DNA of 64,000 nt from an uncultured Nitrospiraceae bacterium (GTDB taxonomy: Bacteria > Nitrospirota > Nitrospiria > Nitrospirales > Nitrospiraceae). Where the stretch lies: the NCBI GenBank assembly GCA_963846575.1, contig CAWJWJ010000002.1, forward strand, positions 384,001 to 448,000. Direction: 5' to 3'. The notes under the pieces are model-generated. The model was not told where the DNA came from and ran no database searches. It saw only the letters and a list, made by a program, of their open reading frames with translations. Positions 11,201-20,845 of this stretch are shown one piece after another (the stretch's first letter is position 1; each line of letters starts with the position of its first letter). The position numbers and the translations under genes are program-made.

Positions 11201-11734
11201 GAGCTGTTCGTGCCGCAGCAGTTCCGGAAGGATCCCGTATTTGGCAGGGCTGAAAATGGCGCTCTGAATGCCCATACCGGCAAGCACGACCAAACCCCAG
11301 AGGCCACCCGTGGGATCGGCCAGGAGCGCGAGGGTTGCGCCGGCCATGAGCAGCACTTCCACACCTTTCATGGCGATGATGACCGTGCGTTTGCTGAGGC
11401 GGTCGGCAAAGAAGCCGGCGACGAATGAAGTCAGGACCAACGGCAGGGTGAAGACGACCATCGCAAGAGTGGTTTGAGACTGCGAGGCGGTTTCGAGATC
11501 CTGCCCAGGCGAAAGGGTCGCCGTCGCCACCCTGATCCCCAGGAGTGCCACAATGAATTTCCAGGCGTTGTCGTTAAACGCGCCGCAGAACTGCGCAATC
11601 AAGAGCCCGCGCAGGGGAAGGCGAGGTGGCGGGGTGACGTCGGGCTGCGGCTCGATGGGAGGCTCCTTCAAGTGATTGTACCGGTGCTCGGGAGCATGAC
11701 ATCTCAGTCTGCCGAAACAGCGGGCACGATGCAA
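8216..11734 (-). CDS. aas: Aas-like fusion: MFS (LplT-like) + PlsC acyltransferase + acyl-ACP synthetase
   Basis: QFCGAFNDN and FSPAKYGILPE (MFS); NHISFID and FPEG (PlsC); FSSGSTGEPKG, EGYGVTE and SRFSKIGGEMV (AMP-binding). True start probably slightly downstream of the ORF start. Confidence 0.85.
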   Translation of the reverse strand: MHRARCFGRLRCHAPEHRYNHLKEPPIEPQPDVTPPPRLPLRGLLIAQFCGAFNDNAWKFIVALLGIRVATATLSPGQDLETASQSQTTLAMVVFTLPLVLTSFVAGFFADRLSKRTVIIAMKGVEVLLMAGATLALLADPTGGLWGLVVLAGMGIQSAIFSPAKYGILPELLRHEQLAQGNSVLELFTFLAILTGTTAGGFLLAGAGDMPWLAPLILTGLTVVGLAAALAVPTVPAARASGGLFDTLRGALSALRADRLLRLAITGAVFFWTIASLVVQNVLVYAKAVLGLSDALATVPSAMISVGIGLGALIVGRLSRSHVEYGLVPLGASGVALFLLILGWWVPPFSGTLALMIALGMSSALIFIPINALIQWRAPHDRRGSVIALENICVFTGILLGSLSGGLLANVGLSTVGIFLATALATTLGTAWAMWLMPETFLRLMLVLLTNTLYRLRIVGHEHVPVTGGALLVPNHISFIDGFLLIASLDRPIRFVVDAEYVNHPLFKPFMEVLHVIPISSSLGPRVILKALRQAGDALDAGDLVCIFPEGQITRTGNLLPFRRGFERIVKGRDVPIVPVHLDRVWGSIFSFVGGRFLTKWPERIPYPVTVSFGSPVPSTTPAHELRRLVLGLGEAAWELRKPDRRPLHRAFVTSMRRHPFRLVMADVTRPHVTCLQALIGAIALARALKTHWREQECVGLLLPPTVAGALTNVAATLAGHTTVNLNYTVGKQGLESAVRQAKLRTIVTSRKFVEKAKLDLPDGPTILWLEDIAHTIGGSQKAAAAALAILAPVRLLESACGQQTRVTMDHLATVIFSSGSTGEPKGVMLSHFNIDANVQAVSQVLPLDAKDRILGILPLFHSFGNLVFWYVTLNGAAIVFHPSPLDVTAIGELCARHRLTFLVCTPTFLQLYQRRCTPEQFSSLRVVLTGAEKLPLRLCQSFEDRFGIVPIEGYGVTECAPVIAVNCPDFRAAGFFQPASRRGTVGRPLPGVSVRIVDPETFVGLPPGTAGMLLVQGPNVMIGYLGREDLTAQAMRDGWYITGDIATLDDDGFLTITDRLSRFSKIGGEMVPHRQVEEAFQQASGEELQICAVTGVPDDRRGEQLAVLHTLDEQRIAQIITKVAASGLPNLFMPSRSHFIKVDALPVLGTGKLDLRALKRIATERLGEPGS

Positions 11735-11738
11735 TCCA

Positions 11739-13622
11739 TTATCGCGGCGGCGTCGAGGACGGGATTTCTATGGGCAACCCTTCCAGCGCCATAATCCGCA
11801 GGGCGTTGGTCGTGGGGCAGGGCCCAGGTCTCAGCCGGTAGTCGAAATGCAGCGCGCCTTCGGACACGGTTTCCTGAAAGTGCACGTTCGTCACGGTGGG
11901 GAGCTGGCGCTCCAGTTCCGCCAGTTCCAAGTCGTGGGTCGTGACCAGACCGAAGCCGTTTCCTCCCGCGAGGCTGGCGATGAGGGCGCGGCCTCCGATA
12001 AGACGTTCGCGGTTGTTGGTCCCCTTGAAGACTTCGTCGATCAGCCACAGCACCGGAGGCCCCTGTGCTTCCCGCGTGCGGTCCAAAATGGTCTTGAGCC
12101 GTTTGACCTCAGCGTAAAAAAACGAAAGCCCGCCGTCGAGAGAATCGTCCACGCGAATGCAGCTGCCGATTTGGACGTGTGACCAACGAAACGATCTGGC
12201 GCAGACCGGGCCTCCGGCTTGCGCCAGGCAGACACTGATGCCGATGGTTCTGAGAAAGGTGCTCTTGCCAGACATGTTGGAGCCGGTCACGAGAAAAATG
12301 CGTCCTCGCCCCTGGAGCAGAATGTCGTTACCTACGCGGACGGTGGCGGGAATCAGCGGATGAGCCAACTCCCGGGCGTCAAGAATCGGCCGATCGCCGT
12401 TGGACTGCGCCGTGCTGTCTGGTTGGTACAGGGAGGGCCACACATAGTCGGGATGCAGATAGGCGAAGGTTGCCAGGGAAGCTGCGGCATCCAATTCGGC
12501 GAGCGTTTCAAACCATTGCGGAGCAACGGCGGTGATCCGGTCTTGGAGTTGCTGCAAGCGGTAGGTGTGCAGGAGATCCCAAGGACCGATACCATTGATC
12601 AGGTAATGCACCAACGGATGGGCTCGCACGCTGAGCCGATTCATGATGGAGGCCGCCTGCTTGAGGGAGGTGGAAGGTCTGCTCCGCTGTTGCAGCAGCG
12701 GTTCACACAGTTCGGCCAATCGGGGGGATGTGCGGTAGGACCGCCGTTCCAGATAGCCGAGGACTGCGCTGAGCCGGTCCAGTTGGCGGTGCAGAGACTG
12801 CGCATGGTCGAAAATTTCCTCTGACCGGCTGCGGACTGAGAGAAACAGGAAGGCATAGAGTCCGAACGAGAGCATCCAGTAGTTCCCGATTCCACTGAGG
12901 AGATCGGCAAGGAGGAGCCCCGCGGTGAGAATCGCAAGCCCGGTTTCCGTGACGAGCATGGGCATGAGGCTGCCGGTATCCACCCGCTTCTGGAGCAGCG
13001 CGAGCAACCGGCGACCGTCGATGTCGGCGTCTTCGACCGCCTGGGCTTCCAGAGACAACCGGTCACGGAGCAGCGAGAGGGGAGCCAGTTCCCGGATCAG
13101 CGTCTGCCGTGCGGCCCACCGGGCGGCCTGCGGCGGTTGATCAAACAGCCAGGCGGTCAGACGTTCCTGGCCTTGCGATGAAATGGTGTGATCGATCAGG
13201 TGCAGCAGTGAACGCGGGCCTGCCAGGTCGAGGTCTATGGCATAACCATGCCGTTCCGGCATGGCAACCTGGCGGAGGGGGATCTCCGACCAATTCAATC
13301 GTATGCGTGCGATGTGCGCCTGTTTGATGCGCTGCCAGCGGTGGAGTCGATGCAACCGGTCTTCCAGTTTGTTATGATGCCAGGCCAGGATCAGGAACAC
13401 GAGGAAGAAGGTTGCGAGCGCGCCGTTGCCGAGCTGAGTCCACCCCAGTTTGTGGATGACAATGGATGCCACCAAGCCTGCGGCAAAGGTCGCCAACCGC
13501 CACGTGGTGAACCGTTCGCTGATGCGACGGCCCCTTGCCTCGAGGACGCCGAGGCGGCGTAATTGCCGCACGAGACCGCGTTCTCTGGCTGGTGCACCCT
13601 GCGACTGCGTACTCGGCAACAT
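11739..13622 (-). CDS. Membrane-anchored MutS-like ATPase (MutS domain V only)
   Basis: TGSNMSGKSTFLR, SFFYAEVKRLK, IDEVFKGTN and TTHDLEL motifs; N-terminal TM segments. Confidence 0.85.
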   Translation of the reverse strand: MLPSTQSQGAPARERGLVRQLRRLGVLEARGRRISERFTTWRLATFAAGLVASIVIHKLGWTQLGNGALATFFLVFLILAWHHNKLEDRLHRLHRWQRIKQAHIARIRLNWSEIPLRQVAMPERHGYAIDLDLAGPRSLLHLIDHTISSQGQERLTAWLFDQPPQAARWAARQTLIRELAPLSLLRDRLSLEAQAVEDADIDGRRLLALLQKRVDTGSLMPMLVTETGLAILTAGLLLADLLSGIGNYWMLSFGLYAFLFLSVRSRSEEIFDHAQSLHRQLDRLSAVLGYLERRSYRTSPRLAELCEPLLQQRSRPSTSLKQAASIMNRLSVRAHPLVHYLINGIGPWDLLHTYRLQQLQDRITAVAPQWFETLAELDAAASLATFAYLHPDYVWPSLYQPDSTAQSNGDRPILDARELAHPLIPATVRVGNDILLQGRGRIFLVTGSNMSGKSTFLRTIGISVCLAQAGGPVCARSFRWSHVQIGSCIRVDDSLDGGLSFFYAEVKRLKTILDRTREAQGPPVLWLIDEVFKGTNNRERLIGGRALIASLAGGNGFGLVTTHDLELAELERQLPTVTNVHFQETVSEGALHFDYRLRPGPCPTTNALRIMALEGLPIEIPSSTPPR

Positions 13623-13684
13623 CGTACTGCTGACGATAACGATAGTCTGAGATGGCGTCAACCACCAAGACAACTGGCCCCGCC

Positions 13685-14587
13685 ATGGACGGTAGTCCTT
13701 CGCAGCCTTCAGGCGACTGGATCCAGGTCGACGTGCAGACCTCGCTCGATGCCGGGGAACTTCTTGGCCTGCTGGACGATCCGGCTGTGACGGGCGCCTG
13801 GCAGGAATACGACTGTATCCACCTCTACTGGCCAACAGGCCGTTGCGGGCCGGATACCTGGCAGGCCCTTCGACGGGCCCTGACCCAACTTGGTCATTCC
13901 GATCCCGACGGTGCCATCACGATCAATGACCTGGCAAACCAGGATTGGAATGCCCAATGGTCGCGTCTGGTCGAGCCGATCCGAATCGGCCGCGTGGTCA
14001 TCAGGCCGAGTTGGAAAGCCCTGACGCTGCAGCCCGATGAGATTGAATTGATTTTAGATCCCAAGCAGGCTTTCGGTACGGGCCATCATGCGACGACGCA
14101 ACTGTTGATCGAATGGCTGCAGGAGGTGGTGACCCCGAACGACCTGGTGCTCGACGTGGGAACCGGAAGCGGGGTGCTGGCGATGGTGGCGTTGCGGCTT
14201 GGGGCTGCGGAGGCTACGGGAGTGGACAGTGATCCGGTCGCCATCGACTGTGCGAGAGACTATGCGCAGGTGAACGGGTTCGATCGCAGGCTGACGTTTT
14301 CGGTGGGGCATGCTCAAATGCAGCAGGCCCACGATTCATCGGTCCCCTCACTCGTTGTCGCCAATTTAGATCGACAGACACTGCTGGATTCCGCCGAGAC
14401 GCTCTGCCGTTATGCGGCCGGCGGCGCGCGGTTATTGCTGTCCGGTCTGTTGATCGATCAGCGCGCGGAGATCGAAGCCGCCTATGCGTCCCGGGGAGTC
14501 TACGTGAAACGAGTGCGGGTTCGCGAGGGATGGGGTGCCCTGGAGGCGGTCGGCATGGAGTCCTGCGAGGGAGGGCTCTGTTCCTGA
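13685..14587 (+). CDS. prmA: Ribosomal protein L11 methyltransferase
   Basis: DW...W, LDPKQAFGTGHHATT, VLDVGTGSGVL, VVANL and LSGL motifs. Confidence 0.85.
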   Translation: MDGSPSQPSGDWIQVDVQTSLDAGELLGLLDDPAVTGAWQEYDCIHLYWPTGRCGPDTWQALRRALTQLGHSDPDGAITINDLANQDWNAQWSRLVEPIRIGRVVIRPSWKALTLQPDEIELILDPKQAFGTGHHATTQLLIEWLQEVVTPNDLVLDVGTGSGVLAMVALRLGAAEATGVDSDPVAIDCARDYAQVNGFDRRLTFSVGHAQMQQAHDSSVPSLVVANLDRQTLLDSAETLCRYAAGGARLLLSGLLIDQRAEIEAAYASRGVYVKRVRVREGWGALEAVGMESCEGGLCS

Positions 14588-15090
14588 TGGGCGCCACGAA
14601 GCCGCGGGCCGGTGCCCACGTGCACCAGGTGAGTGTCTCCGATGGCGGGGTGCCGAAGCGTGCGGTGCCGGAGGCGCGGGTGACGGTCGCAGGGTTGAGC
14701 GGGGATCGCCAACGCAACCGAACGTTCCATGGCGGACCGGATCGAGCCGTCTGTCTGTATTCTCTGGAGGCGATCGAGGCGCTGCGGGCGGAGGGCCATA
14801 CGATGAGTCCCGGTGCCGCCGGTGAGAACCTCACGATCACCGGACTCGAGTGGGCGAACCTTCAGCCTGGCGATCGCCTCGGCATTGGCCTCCATGTGCA
14901 GCTGGAAATCATGAGTTACACAGCCCCCTGCCGATTAAACGGACAGTGGTTCAAGGATGGAAACTCCAAGCGGATCGCGCAGGAGCTCCATCCCGGATGG
15001 AGTCGCCTCTATGCGCGAGTGCTCGCCGAAGGTGCCGTTCGTCCGGGTGATCAGGTCATATTGAACGACTCGCCCCGGGGAGAAGGATAG
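14587..15090 (+). CDS. MOSC domain protein (YiiM-like)
   Basis: HGGPDRAVCLY, GENLT, PC and RLYARVL..G.V.PGD motifs. Confidence 0.85.
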   Translation: MGATKPRAGAHVHQVSVSDGGVPKRAVPEARVTVAGLSGDRQRNRTFHGGPDRAVCLYSLEAIEALRAEGHTMSPGAAGENLTITGLEWANLQPGDRLGIGLHVQLEIMSYTAPCRLNGQWFKDGNSKRIAQELHPGWSRLYARVLAEGAVRPGDQVILNDSPRGEG

Positions 15091-15093
15091 AGC

Positions 15094-15753
15094 GTGAAGC
15101 GGATACTTGAGCGGGAAGTGATGGATGATGTCGCGCAGGCCAAAGCCTACGCGCAAGCGGATTTTGCCGATGAAAACCAAGGCTTCGTGGATCGGTTCCG
15201 GGAGTATTTTCCCGATTGGAGCGGGGAGCATGTCGTTGACCTGGGCTGTGGTCCCGGAGATATTCCCATTCGGCTGCTTCGCGCATTCCCCCAGGCGCGA
15301 GTGACCGGCGTGGATGCCAGCCGTCCCATGTTGGATCTGGCGACAGAAGCCATCGGCAAAGCCGGACTGACGGACCGGATCACGTTGTGCTGTGACAGGT
15401 TTCAATCGTTGGTCTTGCCTGAGCAGGCCGATGCCCTCCTGTCCAATAGTCTGTTGCACCATGTGCCGAATCCGCTGCAGTTCTGGTTCCACCTGAAGCA
15501 ATGGGCCAAGCCGGGGGCGGCTATCCTTGTGATGGATTTATTGCGGCCGGAAAGTCCCGAGGACGCCCGATCCTTGGTGGAGCAGTATGCTTCCGGAGAG
15601 GATCCGATCCTACAGCGGGATTTCTACAACTCCTTGCTGGCGGCGTTCACGGAGGACGAAGTCGCGGCGCAGCTCGCCGAAATGAACTTGTCCCGGCTCC
15701 TGATCGATGTCCCCGACGATCGCCATTGGGTCGTCGGCGGCATCATTCCCTAA
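15094..15753 (+). CDS. Class I SAM-dependent methyltransferase
   Basis: VVDLGCGPG, GVDAS and SNSLLHH motifs. Confidence 0.85.
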   Translation: MKRILEREVMDDVAQAKAYAQADFADENQGFVDRFREYFPDWSGEHVVDLGCGPGDIPIRLLRAFPQARVTGVDASRPMLDLATEAIGKAGLTDRITLCCDRFQSLVLPEQADALLSNSLLHHVPNPLQFWFHLKQWAKPGAAILVMDLLRPESPEDARSLVEQYASGEDPILQRDFYNSLLAAFTEDEVAAQLAEMNLSRLLIDVPDDRHWVVGGIIP

Positions 15754-15764
15754 GCGACATCCAT

Positions 15765-16607
15765 ATGTACGGTTTCGTTCCTCTCCTGTTCACCTGCCTC
15801 CTGACCCTGCTGCTCAGCCAGTCCGTCGGGACTGTCTGGGGACAGCTTCAGCAGTTGCGTAATCCGCGATCCGTCCCTGAGGCGCCGGTCCTTCCTGCCG
15901 CTCCTATGGTGGTGATTCCTGAAGGGGGCTTTGCCATGGGAGCCGACGGAACAGCCGCTTTGGAGGACGAACGGCCCCAGCACACCGTTTGGTTGGATCG
16001 CTTCGAGATGGATCGGTATGAGGTGACGACCGGACAATATGCCGAATTTTTGACCATCCTCCACCACCCGCCTCCCTGGCAATGGGAGAACGTGCAACTG
16101 GCACAACATCGCGACCGTCCGGTCGTGGGCGTGAGTTGGTTCGATGCCGACGCCTATTGCCGCTGGCGAGGCAAACAACTTCCGACGGAAGCCCAATGGG
16201 AAAAGGCGGCGCGGGGGACCGACGGGCGACTGTTTCCCTGGGGTAATCAAGCGCCGGCTGAAGGACTCGCGAATTTTGCCCTGGGCGCCAGGTTCGACTA
16301 TAGCCAGGCGCTCATGCCGGTCCAGCATTATGAGGCCGGAGTCAGCCCCTATGGGATCTATCAGATGGCGGGGAATGTCGGAGAATGGGTCGCTGACTGG
16401 TACGGATCGAACTATTATGACACCGGCCCGCACAGAAACCCGCCCGGTCCAGCCGTCGGATCATTCAGAGTCTTGCGTGGCGGGTCCTGGTCGGACCTTC
16501 CGAAATACCTGCTCACCTATGGGCGGTTCAAACTGCCGCCGGGAACTCGTAACAGCTATACGGGGTTTCGTTGTGCCAAAACGGCTGCTCCATCCACTCC
16601 ACCGTGA
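15765..16607 (+). CDS. Formylglycine-generating enzyme (FGE-sulfatase) domain protein, secreted
   Basis: YEVT, PVVGVSW, LPTEAQWEKAARG, MAGNVGEW, RGGSW and GFRC motifs. Confidence 0.9.
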   Translation: MYGFVPLLFTCLLTLLLSQSVGTVWGQLQQLRNPRSVPEAPVLPAAPMVVIPEGGFAMGADGTAALEDERPQHTVWLDRFEMDRYEVTTGQYAEFLTILHHPPPWQWENVQLAQHRDRPVVGVSWFDADAYCRWRGKQLPTEAQWEKAARGTDGRLFPWGNQAPAEGLANFALGARFDYSQALMPVQHYEAGVSPYGIYQMAGNVGEWVADWYGSNYYDTGPHRNPPGPAVGSFRVLRGGSWSDLPKYLLTYGRFKLPPGTRNSYTGFRCAKTAAPSTPP

Positions 16608-16664
16608 GCCGGGCGCCCCTGCGCACCAGCTCACGGGATGTCGCTCTTGCCGCTGCATCGTCGC

Positions 16665-18441
16665 TTAAAACAGACTCTTGCTGACCTCGGCTGATTTGCT
16701 GCTTTCGTTACCCGTCGTGTCGAACGCGGTGACGGCAAAGTAGTAGGTCGTGCCCTTGGGAAGGTTCGGCACGGTGAAGCTGGTCCTACCGGTAACTTCA
16801 AAGGGCCCGGCAAAACTGTAGATCCCCGATTGGGTTCCGACATACACACGATAGCCTGCCAGATCGGCCTCGGTGTTGGCGTTCCAACTGACGGTGGCGC
16901 TGGCCGTGCCGGTGGAGGGAATGGTGGCCACCGGTGCCGGCGCAGTGGGGGTGGCCGGCGGCGGCGGCGGTGGCGTGATCGTGGGCTGACTCGGTGTGGT
17001 CGAGGGAGTGTTCGAGGCAGAGGCGGGAGCCGTCTGACCGGCGGCAATCGTAAATGTCACCGGAATCCGAATGGTGTTGGAGTAATTGTTGGGCCCGGAC
17101 TCGACGATATACACCACCGCCGAGTGTGTGCCGGCTGCAAGTCCGGCGGACTGAGCAGTGATGACGAGCTGATCAGTTTCAGTCGAAATGGTTTGCGTAC
17201 TGCCATAGGGCGGATTCATCCAGACCCATGACTGGCTGGCGCTGAGCGAATAGACATGCTGGTCGGTTCCCGATTTCTTCAGCGTCAAGGTGCCGACGGC
17301 GTTTGAACCCGTCAGTGCCAGCGAAGACGGAGTGACCTGGATCGGCCCCGTCGCGCTAATGACAGGCGCGGGCGGCGGCGGCGGAGTGGCTGCAGCAGGC
17401 GGCGGCGGGGGCGGCGTGACCGACGACCGGGGGCGGCGGGGGAGGAGTGGCTGCAGGGGGCGCCGGCGGCGGGGGCGGCGTGGCGGACGCGCTTGAGGCC
17501 GTCACGGTCAAGCTGACCGGAAGACGCAGCATGTTCGTAAAGTTATTCGGGCCTGATTCGACAATGTAGACCGTCGCCGAATAGGTGCCGGCCGACAGCC
17601 CGGCCGTCTGGGCATTGATCACGAGCTGGTCCGTTTCGGTAGAGATGCTCTGCGTGCTCCCGTAGGGCGGATTCATCCAGACCCATGACTGGTTGGTACT
17701 CAGGTAATAGGTGTGCTGGTCTGTGCCACCCTTGCGTAGCGAGAAGGTGCCGACAGCCGTTTGACCCTTTACCGCGGTCAGCGCCAAGGACATCGGACTG
17801 GCCGAGATGCCGGTGGTGGGGACGACCGGCGGGGGCGGCGGAGGAGTGGCTGCAGCAGGCGGCGGCGGGGGCGGCGTCACCACCGCGGGGGGCGGCGGGG
17901 GAGGAGTGGCCGAAGGGGGCGCCGGCGGCGGGGGCGGCGTAGCGGACGCGGCCGTCACGGTCAAGCTGACCGGAACGCGTAGCATGTTTGTGAAGTTATT
18001 CGGACCGGAATCAACGATATAGACCACCGCCGAATGGGTGCCGGCCGGCAGCCCGGCTGTTTGGACGGTGATCACGAGCTGATCCGTTTCCGAAGAAATG
18101 GTTCGGGTGCTTCCGTAGGGTGGATTCATCCACACCCAGGACTGGTTGGTGCTGAGATAGTAGGTATGTTGATCGCCGCTTGATTTCGTGAGGGCGAGTG
18201 TCCCGACAGCGGTCTGCCCCTTCGGGGCGGTCAGGAACAACGCGCTTGGACTGGGCACGATAGGAGCGGTTCCGCTGGCCTGAGCCTTGACGGCGGCTGC
18301 GGTCAGGGAAGATTGTTGAAGCAGGCTGAGCGCGGTCGAGCTGTCGGCGGCCAGAGCGGTTGGAGCCAGCGCGGTATGGAGCAGCGCAGAAGAAAGGCAG
18401 CCGGCAAAACCTATTGCGAACACACTCATTGACGTCTTCAT
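16665..18441 (-). CDS. Secreted protein with three BACON/Ig-like repeats, Pro-rich linkers and a C-terminal FN3 domain; one frameshift near 17422
   Basis: ORFs 17356-18441 and 16665-17288 share the repeat QSWVWMNPPYGST..IS.ETDQLVI; removing one G in the GC-rich linker joins them; FN3 signature W.ANTEADLAGYRVY...YYFAVTAFD.GNES. Confidence 0.8.
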
Positions 18442-18477
18442 TGTGTTTCCTCCAGGGAAAATGCAAGACGCTTAGAT

Positions 18478-18493
18478 AGCAACCGGCATGCCA
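18478..18493 (-). promoter_or_regulatory. Sigma-54 (-24/-12) promoter for the repeat/FN3 gene
   Basis: Minus strand TGGCAT-GCCGG-TTGCT matches TGGCAC-N5-TTGCW with exact spacing, about 37 nt upstream of the ATG. Confidence 0.7.
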
Positions 18494-18718
18494 TGTAATG
18501 GATGAGTGAGAATCGCCAGAAGGCCCCGTCACGCGCCATTTTGCGGGCTAATCTTCGCTGGAATCTTATGACGCTAACAGTGCCGTGCAAGATGGAGCAG
18601 CCGCTGCAGGAGAAACCCTTCGTCGCAGGTCCGCTGCTCAGCGCACGTGGGGCACTATGTCCGCAGTCTCGCGATCTTCTGCGGCGAATGGTCGAGCCGG
18701 GTGGTGGAAGGGATCCTG

Positions 18719-19519
18719 TTACGCGATGGGGTGCCGAGTGATCCACTCGGTGAGAGAGGCCAGCATCAGCTCAAAGTCTGCGGCCTTGGTAAATCGGTGA
18801 TCGGCCCCAGGTAGAATTTTCAGCCGCTTAGGGCCTGGTAGGGAGTCGAACAGTCGCTGGCTCTGGTGGAGGGGGACAAATTCATCGCGATCACCTTGGA
18901 CGATCAAGGTAGGAACGGTCAGGTTCCTGGCCGGCTCATACGCGATCCGCTCAAGGCAATCCTGGTAGAAGGCATAGTCGAGGGAAAGACGGGCCGGTCC
19001 GCCGTGAAGATCCGGGATCGTGTTGGTTAGTTTCCATTGTTGCATTCCTTCCTCACCCAGTTCTAAGCGAAGTTCCTCTGCGAAGTCGACCACCGGACAC
19101 TTCAGCGCGAGACAGGCGAGTGGAGGGACGGCCCCGGGGTTTGCCGCATGCGTCGTGGTCCAGTCGGCGGCAGCGAGGAGTGCCATGAGGCCACCGAAAC
19201 TGGAACCGGCTAAGGCCAGCCGGCGATATCCACGATCGAACATGTGGTGCAAGGCCGTCAGCACCTGGCCGACGGCGAGGGTCGTCGTCAGCTTGGCGAA
19301 GGGCCCGTCGCTGTCGCCGTGGCCGAAACAATCGAATCGGAATGACGCGATACCTCGCTCCATCAAGCGGGCGGTCAGGGCCTGATTACTTGAGCTGTTC
19401 TTGTGGGAGAGGAAGCCATGGCAAAGGACGGCGCCGTGGTCGGTGGGCTGATCCGGCCTGACCAGGACCGCCGCCATGCGGTGTCCGGATGCATCGTGAA
19501 GGTATAAGGATTCTTCCAT
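18719..19519 (-). CDS. Alpha/beta hydrolase
   Basis: LCHGF, GHGDSDG, nucleophile GSSFGG, GDRDEFVP and GADH motifs. Confidence 0.85.
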   Translation of the reverse strand: MEESLYLHDASGHRMAAVLVRPDQPTDHGAVLCHGFLSHKNSSSNQALTARLMERGIASFRFDCFGHGDSDGPFAKLTTTLAVGQVLTALHHMFDRGYRRLALAGSSFGGLMALLAAADWTTTHAANPGAVPPLACLALKCPVVDFAEELRLELGEEGMQQWKLTNTIPDLHGGPARLSLDYAFYQDCLERIAYEPARNLTVPTLIVQGDRDEFVPLHQSQRLFDSLPGPKRLKILPGADHRFTKAADFELMLASLTEWITRHPIA

Positions 19520-19552
19520 GGTGTAGGGGCTCCGCGGCGCAAGAAATCGAAA

Positions 19553-20845
19553 TCAATGGGTGGTCGGCCGTTCGCCTCCCGGTTGCGTTGCCACCACCTG
19601 CGTGATCTTCATCGTAAACAAGGTGAGGCTGATCAGAAGCAAACCGATTGTGCCCCAGCTTGCCGTAAGGATCCAGGGTGAAGAGAGTGGCAGCTTCCAT
19701 GTCAAAGTCGCCACGAGCACCAGTCCCAAGGTCCCAAAGCTCAGTGTCGAAATCTGCAGGGCCCGCCAGCGATTGAGGATTCGATTGAGACCTTCCCGAT
19801 AGGCCGGGCGCTTTTTCTGATTACTGACGCGTTGCGCCGCCAGGAGCGTTGGCAACGCATAGGACAATCCTCCCACGAACGCCTGCAACAGGAAACCAAT
19901 GAAGGCGGCATGGGTGTAGGCGACGACGTGAAGGGTGCCATAAGGCATAACCGGCGGTGTCCATAAGACATTGGCACCGACCGCCATGCCGAGGAGCGTC
20001 ATGAAAACCAGGAGGAACAGGGCCGTCATCAGGTGATCGGTGGCAGACGAACCTGGTTGTCCGGCCTGACTCCAGGTACTGAGCAGATTCCAGGTGCAGA
20101 GTGCCAACATGATGAGCAGGACGCTTCCCGCGGCCATCTGGATGTGAACCGAGGAAAGAATAAATCCGGTCACCAGCCCGGCAGCACCGGCCGGCAACAG
20201 AAGCAGCACCGCCTGCCCCAGGCCCGCACTCCGCAGCGGGCGGTTTAAGATAGCCGGCACTGCGAGTTGAATCGTCCCGACCGTCCCCAGCGTGAGGAAT
20301 AACAACAGGCCGGCATGTAAATGTCCCAGTCGGAGCATGCCATGCCAGGTTGGGAACCAGGCTCCGACGAGTATCTCTCCAAGGATCATGTTTCCGAGCA
20401 GGCCGGTCAAAGCAATGCCGAAAAACAATCCGGTCAGCGAGGTCCATTCCGGAGAGGTCCGGAGCGCCCGTACCATATGACGCGCCATGGGAATGAAGCA
20501 CAGTAGGAGGATCAGCCCGCCCGTGATGAGGAGATTGGCATGGCGGAACCAGGATCCGGCGGCCAAAGCGAACGCGGCGAGATTCAGCCCGATCAACAGT
20601 CCACGATACGCCGGGCGTTTTGTGTCCTGACCGGCCAGTTCGATCGCCGTCAGGGACAAACCGGTCATCATCTGGATGAGTCCGCCGACCAGCGCCCCGT
20701 GAACGTGAAGCATGCGGAGGCCGGGAGGCAATGGAGAACCGCGGACGATGCCGAGAAAGGTCGCCAAACCGATCAGGGCAGTCAGCAGCAGCCAAGTCCA
20801 TCCCGTAAGGAGAAACGACAATGGCGACCCGAGCCCTCGGCTCAT
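19553..20845 (-). CDS. About 12-TM membrane protein with three His-containing pseudo-repeats (possible heme/metal binding)
   Basis: HVHGALVGG, HLHAGLLLF and YTHAAFIGF at repeated positions; ATGA overlap with the thiD stop. Confidence 0.6.
   Translation of the reverse strand: MSRGLGSPLSFLLTGWTWLLLTALIGLATFLGIVRGSPLPPGLRMLHVHGALVGGLIQMMTGLSLTAIELAGQDTKRPAYRGLLIGLNLAAFALAAGSWFRHANLLITGGLILLLCFIPMARHMVRALRTSPEWTSLTGLFFGIALTGLLGNMILGEILVGAWFPTWHGMLRLGHLHAGLLLFLTLGTVGTIQLAVPAILNRPLRSAGLGQAVLLLLPAGAAGLVTGFILSSVHIQMAAGSVLLIMLALCTWNLLSTWSQAGQPGSSATDHLMTALFLLVFMTLLGMAVGANVLWTPPVMPYGTLHVVAYTHAAFIGFLLQAFVGGLSYALPTLLAAQRVSNQKKRPAYREGLNRILNRWRALQISTLSFGTLGLVLVATLTWKLPLSSPWILTASWGTIGLLLISLTLFTMKITQVVATQPGGERPTTH

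Noticed and set aside
17356..17945. GGC/GGG-rich repeats resembling an array
   Set aside because: They encode polyproline linkers; no spacers or cas genes, so not CRISPR
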